The position numbers and the translations under genes are program-made. Below, one piece after another: positions 19,627 through 27,996 of a stretch of DNA of 64,000 nucleotides. Source of the DNA: an uncultured Verrucomicrobiae bacterium (GTDB lineage Bacteria; Verrucomicrobiota; Verrucomicrobiia; Chthoniobacterales; UBA10450); NCBI GenBank assembly GCA_963834255.1, contig CAWIBC010000009.1:12924-76923 (forward strand). Direction: 5' to 3'. Below the pieces are notes generated by a model, which was given only the letters and a program-made list of their open reading frames with translations, did no database searches and was not told where the DNA came from. Position 1 is the stretch's first letter. Each line of letters opens with the position of its first letter.

Positions 19627-19646
19627 CTGTTTATCTCCCTTGAAAA

Positions 19647-20567
19647 TCAGGCATCTCGCAAAGTCTTGCCGGTGAGATGCAGAAAAACATTCTCCAACGT
19701 CGGCCGCGTGACCGCGAAATGGCGATAGGACAAGCCCTGCCGTTCGATTGCCGCGAACAAATCCGACAGGCGCAGCCCGTCGCGCGGCGTGAGAACGAAA
19801 GCCTCCTCCGTCTCCACGATCTCGCCAAACTCGCGCAGCGCGTCCAACTGGGCGGTCACCGCCTCATGCCGCGCGAGGCGGATCTGCTCCGAAAACGGCA
19901 ACTGCACGAGGAGCTCATCGAGCGTGCCGAGGGCGAGCAACTGTCCGTGATCGATGATCCCGATGCGCGAGCAGAGCCGGGTCGCCTCTTCCATGTAGTG
20001 AGTCGAATAAACAATCGTCATCCCGTCGTCGTTCAGCTTCTGCACAAATTCGAAGATGGCGTTGCGCGATTGCGGATCGACTCCGACCGTCGGCTCATCG
20101 CAGAGGAGGAGCCGGGGGCGGTGTAAAATGGCGGCGACAATGTTCAGCCGCCGCTTCATCCCGCCGGAATAGTTTTTCACCTGGTCGCGCCGCCGATCCT
20201 GCAACTGCGCCGCGAGCAATCCTTCCTCGACCCGCTCGCGCAGAAGGGCACCGCGCAATCCGTAAAGCCGGCCAAACAACCGCAGGTTTTCCTCGCCGCT
20301 CAGATCGTCGTAGAGCGCCAGCGCCTGCGGGACAAAGCCGAGCTGCAATCGTTGCGCGACCCGCTCGGGCTGAAATTTTTCGCCCTCCAGAAAAATCTCG
20401 CCGCTATCCGCCGGCCGAATGCCGGCGACGAGCGACATCAGGGTCGTCTTGCCCGCGCCGTTGGGGCCGAGCAGTCCGAAAAATTCGCCCGGCTCCAGGG
20501 CGAGCGAGACATCCTGCAACGCGACGATGGAACCGTAGCGCTTGGAAAGATTCTTGAGCGTGAGCAT
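19647..20567 (-). CDS. ABC transporter ATP-binding protein
   Basis: Walker A GPNGAGKTT, signature YSGGMKRRL, Walker B LLLCDEPT. ATG 20567 inside ORF ending at 20630. Confidence 0.9.
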   Translation of the reverse strand: MLTLKNLSKRYGSIVALQDVSLALEPGEFFGLLGPNGAGKTTLMSLVAGIRPADSGEIFLEGEKFQPERVAQRLQLGFVPQALALYDDLSGEENLRLFGRLYGLRGALLRERVEEGLLAAQLQDRRRDQVKNYSGGMKRRLNIVAAILHRPRLLLCDEPTVGVDPQSRNAIFEFVQKLNDDGMTIVYSTHYMEEATRLCSRIGIIDHGQLLALGTLDELLVQLPFSEQIRLARHEAVTAQLDALREFGEIVETEEAFVLTPRDGLRLSDLFAAIERQGLSYRHFAVTRPTLENVFLHLTGKTLRDA

Positions 20568-20690
20568 TTCCGGCAATGCTGTTCGCGGCGGCGATGTTGC
20601 GCAAGATTCGAAGCGTCTCAAAAAGGGCAAATTGAGGCTTTTTCTTCGACCCCGCGCCTGCTAGAAACCAGGGCAAGAGGAGAAACCCAA

Positions 20691-21413
20691 ATGTTCTATT
20701 TTCGGATCGATCGCGTTCGCTTTCTCGATAATGGCGGGGTCAAATCCGTCCTCGGCGTCTTCGGGCACGACTTCGCCCAGGTGAAGTTCCTCAGCTTCGT
20801 CACCCGCTCCGACCAAACGGCGCCGGACCTCGACGAATGGATGCAGAACAACGACCCGGCGACGAAGAAATCGGCCCTCCAGGCGCTGGTCGATAACACT
20901 CTCACCACCCGCATCCTGACCGAAGTCGATCGCGTCCAGGACAACCACCCGGTCAGTTTCGGCGACACCGGTCTCATCCTCTACGAGGCGGAGGAAATCC
21001 CGGAGGCTTTCACCTGGACGTTCGTCGCCGTGCGCTCGGCCCGGGAACTGCGCGAGGCGGCGGGCGATGTGAACGACATTCTGCGCGAACCCGGTTTCGG
21101 TTCCTTTTCCACCAGCCTGCTCGGCGTGATCAAGGCCGGCTCCACTATCGCCAACCCGGCCTACGCCGCCGGCATCGAGGTGGCGAAATTTGCCGCCCAG
21201 GCCGGGGCCCGTCGTCTGATGAAAAAGGGCGACCGGCAACTCGGCGCAGTCACGGTCAGCTTCATCCGGCCGGAGCATTACCCGCAGGGCATCCGGGAGA
21301 GCCGCGATGTGCATGACATGACGGGCAACATGTTTTTCGACTACACCATCTTTGGTTATAAACGCGCCCTGCCGGTGATCCGGCGAAAGCAAAAGCGAAA
21401 GCCAAAGCGATGA
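20691..21413 (+). CDS. hypothetical protein (240 aa, no family recognised, poly-basic C-terminus)
   Basis: ATG 20691 preceded by AGGAGA. Coding-like composition. Overlaps the next gene by ATGA. Confidence 0.6.
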   Translation: MFYFRIDRVRFLDNGGVKSVLGVFGHDFAQVKFLSFVTRSDQTAPDLDEWMQNNDPATKKSALQALVDNTLTTRILTEVDRVQDNHPVSFGDTGLILYEAEEIPEAFTWTFVAVRSARELREAAGDVNDILREPGFGSFSTSLLGVIKAGSTIANPAYAAGIEVAKFAAQAGARRLMKKGDRQLGAVTVSFIRPEHYPQGIRESRDVHDMTGNMFFDYTIFGYKRALPVIRRKQKRKPKR

Positions 21414-22387
21414 AAAAGCGCAAACCCGCAGCCAACCCGGCGAAGAAACGGAAACCCTCCGTCCGCACCGCAAAAAAGCCGCGCCCGAAGCCGGCGAAGC
21501 GTCCGCGCCGGAAAAAGAAGCCCGCGGCAACTCCCGAAATCCGGCGCGCGATTCCGCTCGAGTACGTCACCACCGGCGAGATCAATCTGCTCGCGGCGCC
21601 CGACCTTGCGGCGGCGAAATTAAGTGGTGGCCTGCTCGGCAAAGGGACCGTGGTCAAGATCGCGCCGCAGGATTGGTGGTATGTCGAGGTCGAACGGCCC
21701 GCGACCGCCTCCGGCGTCTTGCGCGGCTGGGTTTCCAACGCCTCGCTGCGCCGGGCAACAGAAGCCGATCTCGCCGCCGCCCCGCCGCCGCCGCCCGCGC
21801 AACCGGTTTCGCCTCTGCCCGCCGACGCAGCGCATCGCGCCGCGCTGCGAAAAAAAATGGCACACGCAATCGTGCAATTCGAAGGCCGGCGCGATGCGCA
21901 GGGCCGTCTCAAGGTTTACATCCTGCCCGCTGGCGACGGCGGCGGTCGTTATGAGATTGCCGGGATCAATGATCGCTATCACCCGCGCGAAGCGGCCCGG
22001 CTGCGCCAGTTGATCGAAGCCGGGCGCCACCAGGAGGCGGAAGATCATGCCACCGAGGTCATCGCCGCTTACACCGATGTCGTCGCGAAGTGGACCACCG
22101 TGCCTGCGATCGAGTCGTATCTGCGCGATTCCGCCTTTAATCGCGGCCCGGGCGGCGCGGCCAAGATTCTCCAGATCGCATTGGGCGTGAAAGTCGATGG
22201 CGGCGTCGGCCCGGAGACGCTCAAGGCGATGCGCGAAGCGGAAAAGGATCCGGTCAAACTTCTGGCCGCGTTGCGCGTCGCCCGGGAAAAATACGAGCTG
22301 CGAGTGGCCGGGCGCCGCGAGAAATTCTGGAAAGGGCTGGTCAATCGCTGGGATGGCTCGCTCGACTTCGCCAGCCGTGTCGCTTAA
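21410..22387 (+). CDS. poly-basic N-terminus + SH3b-like domain + GH108-like muramidase/PG_binding_3-like domain protein
   Basis: MKKRKPAANPAKKRKP...RRKKKP tail. SH3b-like GTVVKIAPQDWWYVEV...LRGWVSN. Then IVQFEGRRD...GGGRYEIAGIN... and the C-terminal ...ALGVKVDGGVGPETLKAM resemble the GH108 + peptidoglycan-binding architecture. Confidence 0.55.
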   Translation: MKKRKPAANPAKKRKPSVRTAKKPRPKPAKRPRRKKKPAATPEIRRAIPLEYVTTGEINLLAAPDLAAAKLSGGLLGKGTVVKIAPQDWWYVEVERPATASGVLRGWVSNASLRRATEADLAAAPPPPPAQPVSPLPADAAHRAALRKKMAHAIVQFEGRRDAQGRLKVYILPAGDGGGRYEIAGINDRYHPREAARLRQLIEAGRHQEAEDHATEVIAAYTDVVAKWTTVPAIESYLRDSAFNRGPGGAAKILQIALGVKVDGGVGPETLKAMREAEKDPVKLLAALRVAREKYELRVAGRREKFWKGLVNRWDGSLDFASRVA

Positions 22388-22414
22388 CGAAAAGGCGAGC
22401 GTTTTCGCCTCACG

Positions 22415-23622
22415 ATGAGCCGCGCCGACCAGGTCCGCTTCTTTCTTAATCCGCATCCGGCCACTTCGGCCGCCGCACGCTGCCAGCTCCGACCCGCGCG
22501 GGCCGCTCGAGTTTCATCGGCGCCTGCCCGGCTATGCGCCGACGCCGCTGCTCGACACGCCTGCGCTCGCGCGCCGCCTCGGGATCGGGCAGCTCCTGAT
22601 CAAAAACGAATCGAGCCGCCTCGGCCTTCCTGCGTTCAAGATCCTCGGCGCGTCCTGGGCGGTCTACCGAGCGGTCGAAACCCGCCTCGGCCGCACGCTC
22701 GAACCCTGGCAAACCGTGCCGGAACTCGCGCAGCGCCTCGCGCCGATCCGTCCCCTCACCCTCGCCACTGCCACCGATGGCAACCACGGACGCGCCGTCG
22801 CGCATGTCGCGGCCCTGTTTGGCTTTGAGGCAAAAATCTACGTCCCCGCCGGCACGGCCCAGGCGCGGATCGATGGAATCGCAAGCGAAGGAGCGCAGGT
22901 CGAGATCGTAGCCGGCACCTACGACGACGCGGTCGCGCGCGCGGCCGAGGACGCAGGCGAACGTTGTCTTGTTATTTCCGATACTTCGTGGCCCGGCTAC
23001 GAAGATGTGCCGCACTGGGTCATGGACGGCTATTCCACCATCATGAGCGAGATCGACGACGAGTTGCAGAAGCGAGGCGGCAAACAACCGAACCTGGTCG
23101 CGGTTCAATTCGGGGTCGGGGCGCTGGCCGCGGCGGTCGTCCGGCACTACGCCGGAAATTCGCCTAACGAGCGCACGAAAATCCTCAGCGTCGAGCCGCT
23201 CCACGCCGCCTGCATGCTCGCGTCGATGGAAGCGGGCGAAGTCGTGACCGTGCCCGGCCCGCATGACTCGATCATGGCCGGCCTCAACTGCGGCCGCCCG
23301 TCGCTCATCGCCTGGCCGATTGTTTCACGCGGGATCGACGCCTTCATCGCTGTCCCCGACGAGCGCGCGCGGGAAGCGATGCGACTGCTCGCCGCCGCCG
23401 GCATCGTGGCCGGCGAAACGGGCGGTGCGGGTCTGGCGGGATTGATCGAACTCCTGACCGGCCGGGAAAGCGCACAGCACCGTGAGGTAATGGAAATCGA
23501 CGAGACGACCCGGGCACTGATCCTTGTCACCGAGGGCGCGACCGATCCCGAATCGTACCGGCAAATCGTCGGGACAGAACCCGAACCCGAATGCCGAAGA
23601 CGAATCTCGAAAGTCGCCCTAA
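22415..23622 (+). pseudogene. diaminopropionate ammonia-lyase (PLP-dependent), frame broken near the N-terminus and probably again near the C-terminus
   Basis: ATG 22415 gives MSRADQVRFFLNP... and then becomes junk. The protein-like frame (PLEFHRRLPGYAPTPLLD...ESSRLGLPAFKILGASWA...ATATDGNHGRAVA...) has no start codon before 22716. That frame runs on to 23849 across ruvA. An alternative frame stops at TAA 23620-23622, giving the expected length of about 400 aa. Confidence 0.6.
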
Positions 23623-24233
23623 CGCCCGGAAGCGAGCCGCTGCAAAGTCAGCCTAACGAGATCTTCCGCGGTCTTCGCTTCCTTTCCGCTTTGCTGGATG
23701 TCGCGCACCGCCTTGTGCGCCTCGACCTGCTTGTAGCCGAGCGCGATGAGGGCGAGGACCGCTTCGTTCGCCTGCTCCTGCTCCGGCGTTGGGGCCTGCG
23801 CGCCGCTGGCCACTTCCCAGGCCGCGGCTACGCCCAGTTTATCCTTTAACTCGAGGACGATCCGTTCCGCCGTTTTTTTGCCCAGCCCGCTGATCTTGGA
23901 GAGCGACGCGACATCGGAATTGACGACCGCGTTTTTGAAATAGCTCACGCTCATTCCGCTAAGGACAGCGAGGGCGAGCTTCGGGCCGATCCCGCTAACG
24001 TGATTGACGAGGAGACGAAACAAATCGCGCTCCGCCGCGGTCATGAAGCCGTAGAGGATGTGCGCGTCTTCCCGCACGTGCAGATGGGTCAGGATCTGCA
24101 CCGCCTCTCCCGGCGCGGGCAGTTTGTCGTAGCTCGAGAGCGGAATGAAAACCTCGTAGCCGACGCCGCCGACATCGACGATCGCCTGGGTCGGAAGCGC
24201 GCTCGTTAGGCGGCCGTGCAGGAAAGTGATCAT
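23619..24233 (-). CDS. ruvA: Holliday junction branch migration complex subunit RuvA
   Basis: MITFLHGRL...VDVGGVGYEV.IP...HLHVREDAH.LYGF. HhH motifs ISGIGPKLA and ISGLGKKTAERI. C-terminal domain III. Confidence 0.9.
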   Translation of the reverse strand: MITFLHGRLTSALPTQAIVDVGGVGYEVFIPLSSYDKLPAPGEAVQILTHLHVREDAHILYGFMTAAERDLFRLLVNHVSGIGPKLALAVLSGMSVSYFKNAVVNSDVASLSKISGLGKKTAERIVLELKDKLGVAAAWEVASGAQAPTPEQEQANEAVLALIALGYKQVEAHKAVRDIQQSGKEAKTAEDLVRLTLQRLASGR

Positions 24234-25729
24234 GTGTTTTTCATTATCAAGGTCAGCTCGACCCAGCGGCCCTTCGCAATGTCGAAGCCGCGGGTGGAGA
24301 ACTTCCGATAACCGCGCGGGAGCGCCGGGTAAAGTCGATCCGCCACCGCCGTCGGGAGGACGACAAAATGCGGTCCGGGGCTGGCGAGAAAGGGCGGAAT
24401 CTGATCGGGCTGCAAAGTGGCGACGTCGCGATTGCCTTCGCGATTGTAGTGGAGAAATCCCCGCACCCGGCCGCGAAAAGTCCAGACCAGGCTCGGCGCG
24501 TCGAAATCGTAGGCAGCGAAATCCATCTCCGGCTGGAGATACGGCTCCGCCTTCTTGAAAAGGACCGTGGATGGAAACCAGGGCGTGATGAGCGGGAAGA
24601 CGATCAATGCCACCGTCAGCATGACCGCCGCGGTCGCGAGCGAGGCCCGGCGCAGCACCCGCTCCGTCGCCCCGGCCGCGAGCCAATGCCGCGCCAGGAG
24701 CAGCGCGAGCAGCGGAAACGCCGGCAGGATGTAGTGCGGCAGTTTCGTCTTCACGATGCTGAAGATGACGACGATGACCGCGCAACCCGCGACCAGGTAA
24801 AGATCGAGCGCATCGCGCTTCTGCCAAAGCCGGCGGGTCAGCCAGGGCAGCTTCCAAGACCAGGGCGCAAAAGTGAGGAAGACCGTGATGAGATAAAACG
24901 GAAGCGAGGCGAGCGCGGTCAGGATGGACGACCCGCCGTGTCCCTGCATCGTGCCAAAAGAACGCCCGACGACATGCCGTCCGAGGCCGATTTTGACAAA
25001 TTCGCCCTGCGTCTGGAGGAGCGCCGGCACGCCCCAGAGCGCGACGAGCACGAGGACGAGCAGAATTCCCCTAACGAAAAGAAACCGGCCGCCAAAATCC
25101 GTCACCGGCCGGAGCGCCTGGAAAACCATGACCGCGCCTAACGGCAGCAGGCCGATCGGGCCCTTGGCCAGGAAAGCGAGCGCGAGCGAGAGATAAAATA
25201 TCCACCACCAGCCGCGCAGCCCGCCCGGCTTCAGGACCACGCTGCGCCACGTGCCCCCGAAACGGTCGCGCAGCAGCTCGTAACCCGCCCACGACGCGGT
25301 GGTCATGAAAAGGACCAGCCACATGTCGGCCACCGCCGCCTTGGCATGGACGAACGTCTGCAGGCAAAGGGTGAAAATGATCGCCGCCCAAAAACCGGCG
25401 CGCGCGAGATCGAGCCGGCGGCCCCACGCGAGCACCGCGACCGCGGTCAGGGCCGCGGCCAGCGCGCTGGGGAAGCGGGCCGCGAACGGATTCTGCCCGA
25501 AGAGGCGATAGCTCGCGACCTGGGCCCAGTAGGTCAGCGGCGGCTTGTCGAAGCGGTAGCGGTCGTTGAAATAGGGCACGATGTAATCGCGGCGTTCCAT
25601 CATCTCGCGCGAGGCCTCCGCAAAACGCGGCTCGTCGCGGTCGACCAGCGGCAGCATCCAGGTCCCGGCCAGATGGAAAAGCAGCGCGCCAAGGAAGAGC
25701 GCCGCGAAATTGCGAGTTGCAGGTTGCAA
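24230..25729 (-). CDS. GT39/ArnT-like glycosyltransferase (4-amino-4-deoxy-L-arabinose/mannosyl transferase family)
   Basis: LVDRDEPRFAEASREMMERRDYIVPYFNDRYRFDKPPLTYW motif and about 12 TM helices. Stop overlaps the ruvA start (ATGA). Confidence 0.8.
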   Translation of the reverse strand: MQPATRNFAALFLGALLFHLAGTWMLPLVDRDEPRFAEASREMMERRDYIVPYFNDRYRFDKPPLTYWAQVASYRLFGQNPFAARFPSALAAALTAVAVLAWGRRLDLARAGFWAAIIFTLCLQTFVHAKAAVADMWLVLFMTTASWAGYELLRDRFGGTWRSVVLKPGGLRGWWWIFYLSLALAFLAKGPIGLLPLGAVMVFQALRPVTDFGGRFLFVRGILLVLVLVALWGVPALLQTQGEFVKIGLGRHVVGRSFGTMQGHGGSSILTALASLPFYLITVFLTFAPWSWKLPWLTRRLWQKRDALDLYLVAGCAVIVVIFSIVKTKLPHYILPAFPLLALLLARHWLAAGATERVLRRASLATAAVMLTVALIVFPLITPWFPSTVLFKKAEPYLQPEMDFAAYDFDAPSLVWTFRGRVRGFLHYNREGNRDVATLQPDQIPPFLASPGPHFVVLPTAVADRLYPALPRGYRKFSTRGFDIAKGRWVELTLIMKNT

Positions 25730-25779
25730 GAGAGCGATTCAAAGATGGCGCAGGCCGAAACACAACCGGCAAATTTTCG

Positions 25780-26382
25780 ATGAGCAAAATCACGCCGGCC
25801 AGGAAATGGTTGTTTCTCCTCCTCCTCGCCCTCCTCGCGATCGGAGCGGCGTTTTATTTCGACGATGCCGTCCGCGCCTGGATGACCGCGCACTCCGATC
25901 GGAGCGTAAAACGGTTCATGCGCAACGTCAGCCGCTACGGCGACTGGCCCACGCACGTCATCGCGGGGCTCCTCCTCATTGCCATCGCCTGGCTGCGCGG
26001 GAGCAAGCGCTGGACGCAAATCGGCCTAACGATGCTGATCGCCTGCGCCCTCGCCGGCATCACCGCGCGCGGGCTGAAGGTTGCGACCGGCCGCGCCCGG
26101 CCCGCAGTCAAACAGGAGCTGGGCTGGACCGGACCGCGCCTGAGCTCGAAATACAATTCATTCCCGAGCGGGCACACCGCCGCGACGACCGGGTTTTTCG
26201 GCGTCCTTCTCTTTGCCAACCGCCGCCTCGCCCTTGCCCTCTCGCCCATCCCGCTCCTCATCGCCTTCTCCCGCATGTACGTGGGGGCGCATTATCTCTC
26301 CGATGTGGTCTGCGCGCTCGTGCTCGGGCTTTTCTGCGCCTGGCTCTGCGCGCGCTGGCGACCGCCCCCGATCGGTCCGTGA
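25780..26382 (+). CDS. PAP2-family phosphatase
   Basis: KVATGRARP...SFPSGHTAA...SRMYVGAHYLSDV (the three PAP2 motifs). ATG 25780 inside ORF 25717..26382. Confidence 0.8.
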   Translation: MSKITPARKWLFLLLLALLAIGAAFYFDDAVRAWMTAHSDRSVKRFMRNVSRYGDWPTHVIAGLLLIAIAWLRGSKRWTQIGLTMLIACALAGITARGLKVATGRARPAVKQELGWTGPRLSSKYNSFPSGHTAATTGFFGVLLFANRRLALALSPIPLLIAFSRMYVGAHYLSDVVCALVLGLFCAWLCARWRPPPIGP

Positions 26383-26407
26383 CCGGCGCTCGCATTCCGC
26401 TCGCGGC

Positions 26408-26839
26408 TCAGGCGCGGGCGAATTGCTGGCTCAGCCGGGCCAGCGCGAGGGCGGCGAGGAGGAGGCCGAAATCGCGCAGGGCAACGTCGAAGTAACCTGG
26501 AATGAGGAGCAGATTGACAATGATCAGCGCCAGCCATCCCGCGACGACATAAGCGAAGATGCGCGGCTTCCAGGCGACGCCGAGGCCGGCGACGATCTCG
26601 ACCACACCGGCGACCAGCATCAAATCATGCCCCTCAATCGGGGAGAGCCGGGCCACCACCGGCGGCAGATACTGGTCCCAGTTAACGAGGAGATGAAAAA
26701 ACTTATCCAGGCCGGCGAGGATCGGCGCCACGACAAAACCGATGTGCAGAATACGGAAGGCTTGATAAGCCGGCGAAGCGGCCGCGCGATCGAGCTCCGG
26801 GCCCTGGGCCCCCGCGGGGTGTGAGGTAGTCGTGCTCAT
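26408..26839 (-). CDS. small integral membrane protein (DoxX-like)
   Basis: 143 aa with 4 hydrophobic helices. Family call is tentative. Confidence 0.45.
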   Translation of the reverse strand: MSTTTSHPAGAQGPELDRAAASPAYQAFRILHIGFVVAPILAGLDKFFHLLVNWDQYLPPVVARLSPIEGHDLMLVAGVVEIVAGLGVAWKPRIFAYVVAGWLALIIVNLLLIPGYFDVALRDFGLLLAALALARLSQQFARA

Positions 26840-26869
26840 GAGCGGGAGCTTGATTCGTCACGACCTAAT

Positions 26870-26889
26870 AGTCAACACTAAATTTGACT
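26870..26889. promoter_or_regulatory. candidate operator palindrome AGTCAA-N8-TTGACT in an AT-rich gap
   Basis: Perfect 6-bp arms in the 111-bp gap between the wHTH regulator gene (ends 26951) and the downstream membrane-protein gene (starts 26839). This is the only markedly AT-rich stretch there. Confidence 0.3.
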
Positions 26890-26950
26890 TATTTGAACGT
26901 CCTGTTTTAAGCCGATCGGAAACAAGCCGGGCCGCGGAGGGCCGACGGGA

Positions 26951-27553
26951 TCACCCAACTTGGAATCGGCAAGACGGCACGGCGCCGTGAATGCAGCGCT
27001 CCCTCACGGGGGCGTCGATGATTTGCGTGAGCAGAGATTCCGCGATCAGGCACGCCTCGGGATGCCGCCCGGTGACGGCGGCCAGCGGGCAGCCGTTGCC
27101 GCGAATGAGTTGTTTGCCTTCGCTCTTGTGCAAGGTCGCTGAACCCCCCATCTCTTTCAGAATCCGGAGCGCTGCCTCGAGCCTTTGCGGGCGCGACTTT
27201 CCCTCGACCCCGACCAGGTGGTTATCCGCGGCTTTTTTTCCCACTTCCCGGAGGGCCGCTCGCAACGCGGTTGGGCTCAGCTTTTTCGCGAAAACGGTGA
27301 GGCAGAGATCGAGCAGCGATCCGTAGGCCCGGGGAAAAACCTGCTCCGCCGCGGCCGTCAGCGCATAGGTCACGTGCGGTCTGCGAAAACCGGGTTGGAT
27401 TCCGGCCTGATGAATCAGCCCTTCCCGCTCCAAGTTGAGGAGGTGCGCCCGGACTGCATTATCGGTCAAACTCAGCGCCGCGGCCAAGTCGTTGACCGTT
27501 TGCTCCCGACCGCGAAGCAGCTCGAGGATCCGGCCGCGGGTGCTTCCCTGCAT
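26951..27553 (-). CDS. ArsR-like winged-helix transcriptional regulator with Cys-rich C-terminal domain
   Basis: RGRILELLRGREQTVNDLAAALSLTDNAVRAHLLNLEREGLI (wHTH). C-terminal GNGCPLAAV...HPEAC...RCIHGAVPSC. Confidence 0.7.
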   Translation of the reverse strand: MQGSTRGRILELLRGREQTVNDLAAALSLTDNAVRAHLLNLEREGLIHQAGIQPGFRRPHVTYALTAAAEQVFPRAYGSLLDLCLTVFAKKLSPTALRAALREVGKKAADNHLVGVEGKSRPQRLEAALRILKEMGGSATLHKSEGKQLIRGNGCPLAAVTGRHPEACLIAESLLTQIIDAPVRERCIHGAVPSCRFQVG

Positions 27554-27702
27554 TTGCTTCTGCCTGCCAATCGATCTCACCCTCGCACCCTAGGGGAACA
27601 ACCGGAATCACTCAAGAACGCCTTTGATTATCTCGCTCATCCCACGCGGCGAGCGGAAGTGGAGGCGTCCCCTGGCGCAGGAAACCGCATGCAAAAATTC
27701 GC

Positions 27703-27790
27703 TGGCGGAGGGGGTGGGATTCGAACCCACGAGGGCTTGCGCCCTGCCAGTTTTCAAGACTGGAGCCATCAACCGCTCGACCACCCCTCC
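27703..27790 (-). tRNA. tRNA-Ser (anticodon TGA)
   Basis: Reverse complement reads GGAGGGGTGGTCGAGCGGTTGATGGCTCCAGTCTTGAAAACTGGCAGGGCGCAAGCCCTCGTGGGTTCGAATCCCACCCCCTCCGCCA. It has a long variable arm and anticodon loop CTTGAAA. Confidence 0.9.
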
Positions 27791-27867
27791 ATCGACTTGC
27801 GACCGAGCGTTAGTTTTATCCGACAATCGCTCATCGGCAAGATCGTTAGGCGAAAGAGAGGTCGTTC

Positions 27868-27956
27868 GGTAGGGCGAGACTCCGTCGAACCGGGGATGGC
27901 GCACGGCTTCAAGAAAAACGATTTTCCCCCGCGGCTTGACAGAGTCTCGCCCTACC
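27868..27956. repeat. long imperfect inverted repeat (hairpin) between tRNA-Ser and the radical SAM gene
   Basis: GGTAGGGCGAGACTC (27868-27882) is perfectly complementary to GAGTCTCGCCCTACC (27942-27956). Pairing extends imperfectly inward (GTCGAACCGGGG / CCCCGCGGCTTGAC). Confidence 0.6.
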
Positions 27957-27996
27957 ATTCTGCTGGACAAGCGATACGTTCACGCGAACGTGTTTC

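Noticed and set aside
22415-22828. 137-aa ORF as an independent gene.
   Set aside because: Beyond the first 15-20 codons the translation is Arg/Pro/Ala junk. The adjacent frame carries clear diaminopropionate ammonia-lyase sequence, so it is treated as the frameshifted 5' end of that gene.
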